Shown here piece by piece: positions 1 to 11,062 of a stretch of 64,000 nucleotides of DNA; position 1 is the stretch's first letter, and each line of letters starts with the position of its first letter. Under the pieces are notes generated by a model. It saw nothing but the letters and a program-made list of their open reading frames with translations, did not search any database and was not told where the DNA came from. Source of the DNA: Zancudomyces culisetae HAW-14-8 (taxonomy: Eukaryota > Fungi > Kickxellomycota). The stretch is from contig JBNJNM010000011.1 in the NCBI GenBank assembly GCA_052426225.1, positions 2,852,001 to 2,916,000 of the forward strand. The letters run 5' to 3'. Position numbers and translations under genes: made by a program.

Positions 1-1
1 T

Positions 2-2176
2 AGTGCTTGTATTGATTGGTGTGCTTGGTGTGCTTGGTGTCGTTGAAGATCCAGGCGATATACCCAATTGCGTTAGTAGCGACAAAAGCAATGGGTTGGA
101 TTGTAACGACTCTGGTGTTGGTGTTGACACCAATAGTTCCGACGGCAGTGATTGCTGGTTAGTGCTAGAGGCAGCACTTGAGCTAATACCCTGAGTGCTT
201 CCTGGGGTTGCACCACTCTTGACAATTGAATCAGACACCAATTCTGCTAGACGGTGTAGGTTCACGTTTGTTTGTGGAGAAAGGTTGTTGTTATTGGGAT
301 TTACTGGAACAAGGTTCCCATTCTGAGTAAATACACCTTGAAAATTTGGAGACCCTGGAGGTGGGGCATTAGGGTAGTTGCTAAATAACGATGAAGCAAC
401 CTGGCCCAGTAGTTGACGCTTTTGAAGGGCTTCTGACTCAGAGCCTGTCTCCGCACTTTTGTATCCGTAGATCGGTATGACAATCTTCGGGTCATTTACG
501 CCATAATATTTGTTCGGATCGCTATTTGGGGGAGCAAAGTATGTTCTTGATTCATTGAGTATCTCCTCGTTATTCAAGCTTATAATTACGGTCAGGTTCG
601 ATAGTGGCCCAGTTACGTCGTTTGTTTCCGTATCACTGGTAATCAATACAGGAACTTGGTATTGCTCAGCAAGATAGTTATTACTGTTGGCACTTCCGGG
701 ATCAATATACACAACTTCAGTTCCAGTGAGGCTGGGTGTATTCGCTGAGCTATTGCTTGAATCAGAAGGCTGTATATACAGATTAAGTCTAAGCTTGTAG
801 TTAAATGAGGCGGGTACTATACTTAGCATGTTTGCGGCTTGAAGCTGTTCGATCTCTATTGCTGCGTTTTGCTTTCTCAAGTAATCGATTTGTTGCTGTG
901 GTAACGCGTATTCTCGTTCGTTCCTGTAAATTATAATACCTTCTTTCTTAGTAACTACAGTAATATTCAATGTACTTGTGCCTTGAGTCACTTGGTTCAC
1001 TGTAGATGTGTAAGGTTTAGCCACTTGAGCTACATTTGTTCCTTTTGGTACAATATCTGTAGAGTTTAGAGTATCAGTAACCTGTGTAATTTCAGTACTC
1101 ATCTGTTGTTTAGCATTTTGTATGTTCTGAATTCCAGTCATAAATTGGTTAAACTCGTTTGGGTTTAAGCTGACATAAGTATGGTTATTTGGTGTGGCAA
1201 CTACCTGTGTATTAGGCTCGTTTGTAGTTGTGGTAGTATTATTTCTACCCCCATTAACCAATATCACTGTCGCGTTCTGTATTGGTGTCTCTTGTGAAGG
1301 AGATGTACTACTGGTATCAATGGATAACACATTCGGAATGTAGCCCTGGGATGATACAGTTGTTGCATTTGGAATTTGATATTCAGGCTCAGTGGTCACT
1401 TGGGTTGGTGTAGCTATAGTAGAATTGGTGTTAGGTACAGTTGTATTGAACACTATTTTTACACCTTTTTCAGATACAGTATTGGTACTTGGCATTTCTG
1501 TGTTTTTTTGATATGCATACTGGGAGGTTGAGTAAACAAAGGTCTGTTGTGAATCTTGGGTAGGATACTCGGCATTAACTTGCGTAGAGGTTATTGTGCT
1601 TTCAGCAGCATAGTTCTCTTCTGGACGCGCGGGGTATATTGCAGTACCATAAAATACTTGAGAGTCACTGTTGTTGTTAGAAAGAGGAGAGATACTGTTG
1701 TTCATATCCGGCTGTGTAGTGAGTGTTTCACCAATAGCATCCTGAATTGCTTGGTTTATCTCACCTTGATCTAGCACAGCCACTGTCTTATTTTTTCCGT
1801 CAACCACATATATATTGTTACTCTTCGATTCGTTCTGGCTTTGTGAAACTGGTACAAGTGTAGTAGTGTATTGTGATGCGGATTTCACACTTGAGTAAGG
1901 TTCGGATGGGTTCTTTGGAGCTTCTGGAACAACCGTAACCTTGAGGTTAACTTGGCATGTTTCACTGGATGCATTTGGGATGGGAATACTAGTTCCTACA
2001 AACGTAGAGTCCTTGGACACGCCATTGGTGGCAGGGTTTGGCTGCGCAATACCATTCGCATCTACTGGTGTATTCATGCTATGAACTATCTGATCATTAG
2101 TACCAGGGATATAGTGTTGGGGCATCGAATATGTCAGCCCCAGCGACATCAAAATAAATACTTTGCTTATAAACAT
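2..2176 (-). CDS. Secreted Ser/Thr/Pro/Asn/Gln-rich low-complexity protein, partial (runs off the left edge, >725 aa)
   Basis: ATG at 2176 reads MFISKVFILMSLGLTYSMPQHY (signal-peptide-like). The frame is stop-free in every stretch translated by hand, down to ...SPGSSTTPSTPSTPINTST at the edge. It is absent from the ORF track because there is no stop in the window. Confidence 0.8.
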   Translation of the reverse strand, partial: MFISKVFILMSLGLTYSMPQHYIPGTNDQIVHSMNTPVDANGIAQPNPATNGVSKDSTFVGTSIPIPNASSETCQVNLKVTVVPEAPKNPSEPYSSVKSASQYTTTLVPVSQSQNESKSNNIYVVDGKNKTVAVLDQGEINQAIQDAIGETLTTQPDMNNSISPLSNNNSDSQVFYGTAIYPARPEENYAAESTITSTQVNAEYPTQDSQQTFVYSTSQYAYQKNTEMPSTNTVSEKGVKIVFNTTVPNTNSTIATPTQVTTEPEYQIPNATTVSSQGYIPNVLSIDTSSTSPSQETPIQNATVILVNGGRNNTTTTTNEPNTQVVATPNNHTYVSLNPNEFNQFMTGIQNIQNAKQQMSTEITQVTDTLNSTDIVPKGTNVAQVAKPYTSTVNQVTQGTSTLNITVVTKKEGIIIYRNEREYALPQQQIDYLRKQNAAIEIEQLQAANMLSIVPASFNYKLRLNLYIQPSDSSNSSANTPSLTGTEVVYIDPGSANSNNYLAEQYQVPVLITSDTETNDVTGPLSNLTVIISLNNEEILNESRTYFAPPNSDPNKYYGVNDPKIVIPIYGYKSAETGSESEALQKRQLLGQVASSLFSNYPNAPPPGSPNFQGVFTQNGNLVPVNPNNNNLSPQTNVNLHRLAELVSDSIVKSGATPGSTQGISSSAASSTNQQSLPSELLVSTPTPESLQSNPLLLSLLTQLGISPGSSTTPSTPSTPINTST

Positions 2177-3557
2177 TTTTAATTTAAAATTTGGGTTAGT
2201 TCGGTTGAAGATATATATATATACCAGGATACTATCAGGGTATTACCAGGGTTTATTTTTTCTGCCCTTTTTCTTGGTTTCTTTTACACGCTTTCAACTA
2301 TCTTTTTTTGTGCAGTGCGTGTTGTTTCAAATACGTTTTTATTTTTAGCGATGGCATACCTTAGCCAGGAATTTCACGGGTATTTATACTGTTCACACCC
2401 AGTAATTCTAAACATACTACGTATCATCCACCGCAGGTTAGCAGTGTATACATATAATTCCTCGAGCCTTAAGTTTTTCCGTTTATAGGCATGACGACTT
2501 TATAATTTAGGCATACTTACAATAGTGCTTGTGGTGCCTAGATAGTAGAACGTATATAAAGACATACCATGCTTTTATATTACTTTTCCATGGGATCATT
2601 TTTTTACAAGCGGAGTATTAACAGTCAACTTTGCACACTTTTGACAAATGTAAGAAAAAAGTCGAACAATTTCGCTAGACATATTCTATATTGAATACTA
2701 ACAGCCTCTGGAATATAAAGTGTCATCAACATAGCATATGCGTTGTATGTAATCCCAGGATGTGCTCTTAAAACTAACATTATAGTATGGTGGAAGATAC
2801 ATGTGCAGCGTTTACTCGATAGATCTTAAAATCTGTACTTGTGTGCTGTCTAACTTTCGAGTTTTTTTTTTTTGTACACCATTAACGCACCTTCTACTAA
2901 TACTATACATATCGTATATATATATATGTATATATAAAAATATGGATATATGGATACATGCTCGAAACAGAGTATATAACATCCCAACCATATAATAAAT
3001 CGGATCTAGAACTATTTTGATTAAAAAAAGCACAACCAAATTTCTGGAAAAATAAACAAGCATGAGGTTCTTGTATTCACGTACGCCCACTATTAGCCAA
3101 CAGAGGCGAGAATTGTAGTTACTGGTGAATACAAACCGATTTTCAAACAGCAAGTTGCCTGTAGAATGATCTTGTGTTTTGCCCTTATTTTTTTCTGCTT
3201 TGGATTTTGGCTTGTTTCGCAAAGTTGTTGCTGACCTAGCCTAAACCACTTTTTTGAAAGCTTTTATCCAAATTGGCCTGCGTTTATATTTTATAAACTT
3301 CCCACCAATTAAATTTAAAGTAAAAATAAAATAAGACAATTAGCAACAAAAACTGGAATTTTTTTACTGCGTTTTACATGAAAAGAAAAAAACACAACAC
3401 ACCCTTTGAGCTGATATTAGAAATAGTATTACAGCTTGGAACGTCTAAATTGTATGAATTGCCAACAACTTGAATGTGGTTTAGATATATGTTTTAATTA
3501 ATTCAAAGAAGACAGGGCTAATAAAGAAAATAAATAATAGTACAACGAATTCTACAA

Positions 3558-5072
3558 ATGTCGATAAACACAGAACAAACAAGCGAGGTTGAGGCGGAAA
3601 AAAACGCACAGAAATTTTGGCCAGTTTCAGATATTAAAAGCGCTAAGCAAATCGAACAGGATACCCAAAGAGGATTAGATGAAGACATTGATCGCAAACG
3701 TAGCGATATACAAAGGAGCGTACACATATCAGATCTAGGTGCGACTAATGGAATGGAAAGCGGAATAAACATGGTACACGCCAATCTCGAAGCAGGCGGA
3801 AGCGTGGATTCGGATTTGATCAATACGTCAAGTACCCCTTTCAAGGTACATGAGGCAGATAATTTTGGGATTGAAGGTTTCAGCGATCTCGAGGAGGAAG
3901 AGCGTGGTTTCGAACAGGGACTCGAGAGACTCTTGGGGAAAAAGCAGGTAAGAAGTAACATAAATAATTTGATTAAGCCAATTCCAGCTAATGAAGGGTT
4001 AGTTGAACATGACACAAAAGCGAGAGAGGTAGTGGAAAAGGTGAATAATCTTGGGGACGATATATATATCACAAATACAGAATCCGGTGAAGCTGACCTT
4101 GATGAGAAAGGTGAACACAAGGGATTAGAAATACATCCAGAACATCAATCCCAGGGAGAATCATTTTTGGCTATTGGAAAGCCCGAGGATACCACCACTC
4201 TACAAAAAACATATTTGGATGATGAGATCACAGTAAGGGAAACGGATGAAGTGTTGGAAATAGAAGAAATAGGTGATGCCAATGAAAGCGTCAGGCAAGA
4301 GAGCGAAGTAATCGCACAAGAAAGTGAAGACGATGAGGATGTGTCAGAGGAGGTTGGAAAGCTAACTGCACCAGTAACGTGGATGAAGCATGATGAAAAA
4401 TGGGTTCGTTTTTTAGGAAAGGGTTCTGAGATTGGGGAGCAGGATAAATTTGCCCAAAACGCGTTGTTTGAGACTAGTATCGAGCAACTGATAGTGTTTT
4501 TACGTACTAAGCTAGAAATAATGGACAGCCACAGGATAACACTCGAGTTTCCAACTCTGGAGTTGTTCTTGAATCAGAACGATGCTGAATGTACTAATGT
4601 AAGCCTGGAAAAACTGTATAATTACCATTGTGCAGTCTTGCTGCTGCGCGAATCGCACGAAGAACCCGAGTCCTATGAAAATTTCCCTGGGGCTAATGAC
4701 TTTTTGTTTATTTTGAGAGTTGAGCCCTTTGCTAGCCACACGCTATCTATACTCAATGAACTACTGGATGGCGAAAGCTCTGAAGGTAGCTCTGAAAGTG
4801 GTTCCGAAGGTAGCTCTTACGATAGCGCACCGGAAAGTGAAGAGGGGATTCAAGATCAGCACGCATCTATTCAAGCCTTTAAACGAAGGCTTTCCGAGTC
4901 CAGCATTCCGGCTTTGTTTGACGGTGTTGATGCTGCGCACGAATTGGATGATAATGATTTAGTCACATTCGATGACGAACATCTTGACACCCATCTTGTG
5001 TTTGATGATACTGGGTCTTTAGTATCTACTGGTTTGGACCAGCCTCCTCAATCTAAAAAACCAAAGATTTAG
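3558..5072 (+). CDS. Acidic protein with RMR1/DUF2420-like domain and C-terminal NLS
   Basis: 504-aa ORF, highly acidic. Segment LFETSIEQLIVFLRTKL...ITLEFPTLELFLNQND...VSLEKL resembles the fungal DUF2420/Rmr1 pattern. Ends PPQSKKPKI. Confidence 0.55.
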   Translation: MSINTEQTSEVEAEKNAQKFWPVSDIKSAKQIEQDTQRGLDEDIDRKRSDIQRSVHISDLGATNGMESGINMVHANLEAGGSVDSDLINTSSTPFKVHEADNFGIEGFSDLEEEERGFEQGLERLLGKKQVRSNINNLIKPIPANEGLVEHDTKAREVVEKVNNLGDDIYITNTESGEADLDEKGEHKGLEIHPEHQSQGESFLAIGKPEDTTTLQKTYLDDEITVRETDEVLEIEEIGDANESVRQESEVIAQESEDDEDVSEEVGKLTAPVTWMKHDEKWVRFLGKGSEIGEQDKFAQNALFETSIEQLIVFLRTKLEIMDSHRITLEFPTLELFLNQNDAECTNVSLEKLYNYHCAVLLLRESHEEPESYENFPGANDFLFILRVEPFASHTLSILNELLDGESSEGSSESGSEGSSYDSAPESEEGIQDQHASIQAFKRRLSESSIPALFDGVDAAHELDDNDLVTFDDEHLDTHLVFDDTGSLVSTGLDQPPQSKKPKI

Positions 5073-5545
5073 CATTTGTGGATTACTGTGAATTGCAAAA
5101 AGACAAGGTAGCATGGTAAATATACCATCTTTTTTTTCTACCACATTAATCAATCAGTTTTTTCTTTTTTAAAAAAAATAAGGTTATTTATTGTGCCCAC
5201 CTATGTATGTAACATAATATTTTTTCAATATTAAATATATATTGTCTTAATGATACTATCTTAATATTATTTCTAATTAATGTCTTGATATTACTTAAAG
5301 TGACTTCCTATACTCCATTTTACTCTTTCTGTTTTTCTATCTGTCGTACTGGTACATACACATACAATAATACCACCTGACACTGTATTTGCAAGTTCAT
5401 TTTCGCAACAATATTTATTTGAAAAAAAAGTTTATTAGTTAAAATACAATAACATAAAGAACATGGGTATAAAAAAACTAGTTAACTAGCTAGTGCGCAT
5501 AACGCTGCTGTCTTGTCGTTGTGTTTACAAACGATTTACGCCAGA

Positions 5546-7595
5546 CTAAGGATGCTTAGTACAAGTAGGATTTACCAAGTCTTTTCCAAACAGATCCAGT
5601 AACCACAATATTACACCATTTGTCCAGCCAAAGCCGTACTGTCCAGCGTATTCACCACCCTCGGCCTGTTTTCCTATAATTTTTGCATCATACTTTTCAA
5701 ACATTTGACCATCCCCCCGTACATTCGGAAGCTTTTCCAGTAGATCTGGAATTGAACCTCCAGTAAAATACCAGCCACAATAAGCGTTATTTATGAAGCT
5801 TTGAGCGATTTGCAACGCCAACGCCTTCAGTTCACTATGCTGGCTCAGAAGGTTGTAATACATACTGGCTTCACTGTCGAGAGTACTATTTCTACTCAAC
5901 TCGTGTTTAGTTGTGGGAACTGCTGCAGTATTATTTGTAGAGGATGAAATAGACTTTACAGATGACAGAATTGCCTTGATTAACACATACTGGTGAGGTG
6001 CCCAAACATCTGGGTAATCCCATTGCAGACCTGTCTTAACAAGTGTTGCTGGGATACCTCCTGGGTTGGTACTAGCAATGTCACTCACAGATTCCCATGC
6101 ATTGGATATGCTACCAGGGTTTATGTCGTCTGATAGATACCAGTATGGCCAAAGGTTGGCAGGAGACCATACACCTGTAAAATTATTTCCGCTTATACTC
6201 CAGTCATTAAACATCCCTGAGTCTGCATCAAAAAGTAGGTCAAAAATGCTACTCTTTAGCTTCTCCGCCTTCGCCTTAAACAGGTGCTGATCATCTAGGT
6301 ATCTTCTTCTCAAGTTTTTGTTATTCGTTGCGTTTATAGCTATCCCGCTTAATTTATATATAAGCTGCATATTCCGGTATAATATTGCGTTGAGTTCTGG
6401 TGGAACGACATCACTAGTGTTTAACTGCGTCAGCAAATGAATCGGGTTTGAATTTGGCCCAACATAGCCCTTTATCCATCTTGAGCTAAAATCATGTCCC
6501 GACTCTGTTGCCGCTACAATTTCGCAAAATAGTGCTGTCCGTTTGCTTGTATCGTTGCTGAACAAGTTGGCCGTTTGCAAATCAGTTCTATAACTTTCTG
6601 GTCTTGCAATATTTGATTTTGCCTTGTACCTAAACACATTATGTTCAGTTACATCATCTCCTGTTTGCCTTTTAACTTTTATCATATGAGTACTGGCCCA
6701 GTGGTTATATTCCTTTTTAAGCGCAGGCAACACATCTATAAGTATCTTGGTATCTCCTGTGGCAGAAATGTAAATGTCCACCATTTGGGCCAGCATTGGT
6801 GGTTGACTTCGGTTCAAATAATACTCTCGTGTACCGTTTGGAACGTACCCGTACCTGTTGATAAGACTTACAAACGCTTTTATCATGTTTTTACTTAGGT
6901 CTGTTAGTTCCGACTTTAGTAGCCCCTCAATTATAAAATACGAGTCCCAGTAATATAGTTCAAAAAATCTGCCTCCAGGGATGACAAAGGGCCCCTCTAT
7001 ATCTAAAAAGCTACTAACACAGCCACTGCACAGACCCGACCTATCAAAGGTCTTGGTTAGATTTCTCCATACTTGGTGCACGGCTTTTCCAAACCCTTTT
7101 AGATATGGGCTCTTGATTGTATCTAGAAATTTTGGTGAATCTGTAAAGCCTGTCACTACTGTACTTTTAACAACTGTACTTTTATCACCAAAATTGTTGT
7201 TAAGGAACTCTGTGAGCTGTTTGTTGGTTGGGTTTGATCCTAATGCCCTAAATGATCTCAAAACGTCTTTTTCCGACTTTATTGTAGGCTATTTTTTAAA
7301 AATCAACTTTTTAGAAGCGAATCTTCGAGATTGATAACTATGTACTAGTTGTATCCATTTCATAATCATCAACTATAAATATATAAATGTATAAATGTAT
7401 ATATCCAAAGGATTGAAATACTGATTTTACCTTATCGACAAAGGTTTTGTCATCATCAAAAATGCCTGAAAGCTGAATTATGTCTAAAAGGCTGGGAGAG
7501 CAGTATATTGGTGACATGCATTTGCCATCTTCTGAGGAGCTCGCAGTATCCAGAATAAATAACGCTAGTGCGCAAAATATTCCGAGAGTTTTCAT
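5546..7595 (-). CDS. Secreted alpha,alpha-trehalase, GH37 (exons 7595-7431, 7288-5546)
   Basis: Motifs DKTFVDK|PT (joined across the GT-AG intron 7430-7289), PGGRFFELYYWDSY, NGTREYYLNRSQPP, ESGHDFSSRW, QWDYPDVWAP, GGEY and GFGWTNG. Signal peptide MKTLGIFCALALFILDTASS. Confidence 0.95.
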
Positions 7596-9143
7596 GTCAA
7601 AGTTGTCAAAGTGTTTGAAAATAGCCAAATCAACTGAATTGGGTGTACCTTATGTTTTTCTATATAGTATACATATTATCCCTTATAATCTTATAAACCT
7701 CTTCCTAGCTAATTCAGAGATTTGTGAAATACGTGGATATACGATTACTATATCTTTATCTTTGTATTACGAAATATTATAATATGTTGTAGTATATTGT
7801 AATACACTATATCGGTATATATGTGTGGGATGAACAAGTCAAAATGTTTTTTAAAGTTATAGCACAAACTTCAAAATCTGGCATTAATTTAATGACTTCA
7901 GCCTTTCTCATGCCAATCGACTTTCGTTATATACCCGTCAACATGTGTTTTAGATCCCCCTCCCCCCCTGTACTCTCACGGTTTATGGTTAAATCATTTT
8001 CTTAACAAAATGCATTGGTTTCTGTTGTTTAAATTATCGCACGAATAGCGGTATTTTATTCATCAAAAGCATACTTGAATTGCAGTATTCGGGTTTCCGA
8101 ACCTCAATACCATGACACTAGTTTTATACAATACCATTAGCATAGAATTAGGAATCCAAGCACCACACAGCTATTTGCTTAATCCTGAGTTCTAATTGGA
8201 GGGGTAGCTACAATGTATCAGCACAAGTCGAGCGATAAAAATAGGATGTCATATACAACAACACAAATCCGCTTTAACATGTGGCTTTATTGTTATTTTT
8301 TTTTGCATCTTTATTTCGCGCAGAGGGTGTTTTTATTGCACATTTGTTTGTGCATACTACCAATAACATACAAGGATCTTTTTTTGGGTTACCGCGAGTT
8401 TACTGGTCAATAAGGTATGTAGGCCGACTTGGATTATAAAAAAAAGAGTCCAATGGTTTGCATGAATTTCATCAATTTGGCCCATAAAGTCCCTTGTTAG
8501 TTGATTAGTTTCTGTAATCACAAGACTAGATGTTCTAAATAAAAAAGATAATACAGGTTCCGTAATCCAAACTAGCTGGTTAACTGAAATTTCAAGTATG
8601 TCGAATTAGTAGAATACCAGGTACCAAACTGTAGTATTAGACACAGGCTGACAGTCCGCTCGTGTCAAGCATCATACATCAGTCGATACAAAAAAAATAA
8701 AACACATTATTTTTGAGAGTCACCAAGTTTGTAGCCAATTAATTGTTATTGTACGAAGTGTGGAGGTAGACATATTGGAAATGGGAGGAGATTACAAGTC
8801 ACACTTCTTGTTGATACCAATAATAAAGATCCGCATATATTCGGAGATGTGGTGGATACAATTATCATGCAGACACATAGCTTGAACTGGCGATTCTGGT
8901 TCCTGATATCATCTATGTAGACCCATGTAACAACCTAGAACCGCCTAATACCCAACTCTCTGCCTTTTGAAAAGGATAAGCATATACGATAGTTTATTTT
9001 GAGATTAACACAACCAACTCAAGTGACTGCTTTATTGATATCAGCACATCAATAAAAAATAAAATAGTAGGTGAATGCCCCAAAGCAAGAATATAGTGAA
9101 TGACATAATAAATGATAGACTCGACATTAGGTCTTAAAAAAAT

Positions 9144-10284
9144 TTATGCGGCAACAGAGGCGGGATTGTCGAGCTTGATGGTTGTACATGTAGGAGTCAT
9201 TATATAGTTATACATTCCCATAAACGAGACACCAAAGTTGCGCATAATGAATTTTATGAAAGAATCCACCAAATACACAACTATCAGAATAAGCAACACT
9301 GCACCCAGTAGAAAGTACGCTAGAGGGATGTCAGGTGACGATGAAGCCGAGCGAGTATCGATTGTGATATCCACTTCGATGGGTGTCTTGAAAATGTCAT
9401 CAGAGTTTATGTGTTGACAGCAGTTGGGGGATATGCAATCTGGAGGACGTTTACTATAACATACACAAAAAATAAAAATAAATAACGAGACTACCATTAT
9501 GTTTTTCACACCAAGAGTGCTAATCATAAAGTATCTAGTGTTTTCAACATGGCTTAAGTAAGTTTTGAAGGTATACTTACTCAAATATTATGAATAAAAC
9601 ATCATCCTTAATGTATGTTTCTGGAAAATACCTGTAGTCTAAATATTCAGGAGTCTCAATTGATAACATAAATGGCATTAATAAACTTAACGAGCAATTG
9701 CATATATGGCAACAAGAACTCCAGTTAAAATCTTTTAAATTGCAATGGTACTCGCACTCTCCATATATTACAAGCTTCTTTGTACCTGATGAAAAGTATA
9801 AATCAACTTTTACCCCATTGCTCTTGGGTATAAAAACTCGCAGCTCCCAATTTTTTGTGTTGTGTTTACTATTTATATCGTATTTTGGATGCCATCCGTG
9901 ATCACTTATACCGTATTTTGAAAGATATTTCTCCTCCGAAATGAACCTTCGACCTCTGTTTGACTGAGGGAAAACACGGATAAAGGACTCAGAGAAGCTT
10001 TCAATACATTTGTCGCACATGCAGATATCAGCATCAGAGTCCTTTTCCGGTTCGTAACCATCGTTATTTACTGGGTAGAAGGTTTTTGTATGTTTTTCTT
10101 TGTAGTTGTGCTCTGAATTCCGCTCTGGGGCATTCTTGGTGGCGGCTGCAAAGGCAAAATTCTTCGAAGTATCATTCATTCGTATGTCCAAATCAAAGTT
10201 GCTGGTCGAATATCTAGGCCGGAGCCTTACGGAGTTTTTTATACTATCGTAGCTATCCTCCTGGGAATTGAAATTTGAATACAT
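9144..10284 (-). CDS. Divergent Hsp20/alpha-crystallin-like protein with C-terminal transmembrane helix (exons 10284-9581, 9453-9144)
   Basis: WHPKYDI...LRVFIP...LVIYGE...FMLSIETP...YIKDDVLFI matches the sHSP pattern. A GTAAGT donor at 9580 and TAG acceptor at 9454 join the two track ORFs in frame (GA|T = Asp). Hydrophobic segment LAYFLLGAVLLILIVVYLV. Confidence 0.6.
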
Positions 10285-11062
10285 TTGTTCATGTACATAT
10301 ATCTGGCAAATATTTGGTCGATTTGATAGTTTTCTTTCTAATACTATGCACAAACATGCGTTCACCGGAGAGAAGTGGAAAAAAAAGTCAGACTTTAGAA
10401 AATTTAACAATATCAAATCTCCAAATAAGACTTGGATAAATCTTATAGTCTAAATAAGGTAGTTGTGATAAATGCTGAAAGCACCAAGCATATCACGCTA
10501 CAAGGTGTTTCCAGAGTTTTACCTTTTATTTTCTCGTTTATTTTATTTTATTTGTTCTGCAAGTTCGTGTAAAGCTAAATGCGATGATTTTGATAGACAA
10601 TGAACAGGATCAATATTTGGATTTTAGCGCCCACAAAAGCAGTTATTTGCTGAAACAAAAAGGATAAATAGCTTTTTTTTCTGAGTAATGGGGATTGAGA
10701 GCAGAAACATGCTGCATGCAAAAATCAACAAAAATGGTCACAAAACGAAAAGACATGGCATGAAAATCGCGATTTCGTACCTTTATACGAACCATCCTCT
10801 TTTTTTCTTCCAAAGTCGACCTTTTTAGATTTAGTGGTATGTAATTATAACTATATATGAATATCAGAAAAGTAGCAAAATAAATGAAAGATAGGAAAAA
10901 AAACAGAAAAGCTGAGCATGTGGGCATGTGGGCATGTGGACATTTTATCTAAGTTAGAAGGCAAATAAAGTTGTACCATGGGTCAAAGTTGCGGGTCTTC
11001 AGTCACTACCACAACATGTACTTTGCAGATATCAGATAAGCACAAAAAAAGCTCTGTAAATA

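Noticed and set aside
3518-4120. 200-aa minus-strand ORF
   Set aside because: Antisense shadow of the acidic 504-aa gene; non-ATG start.
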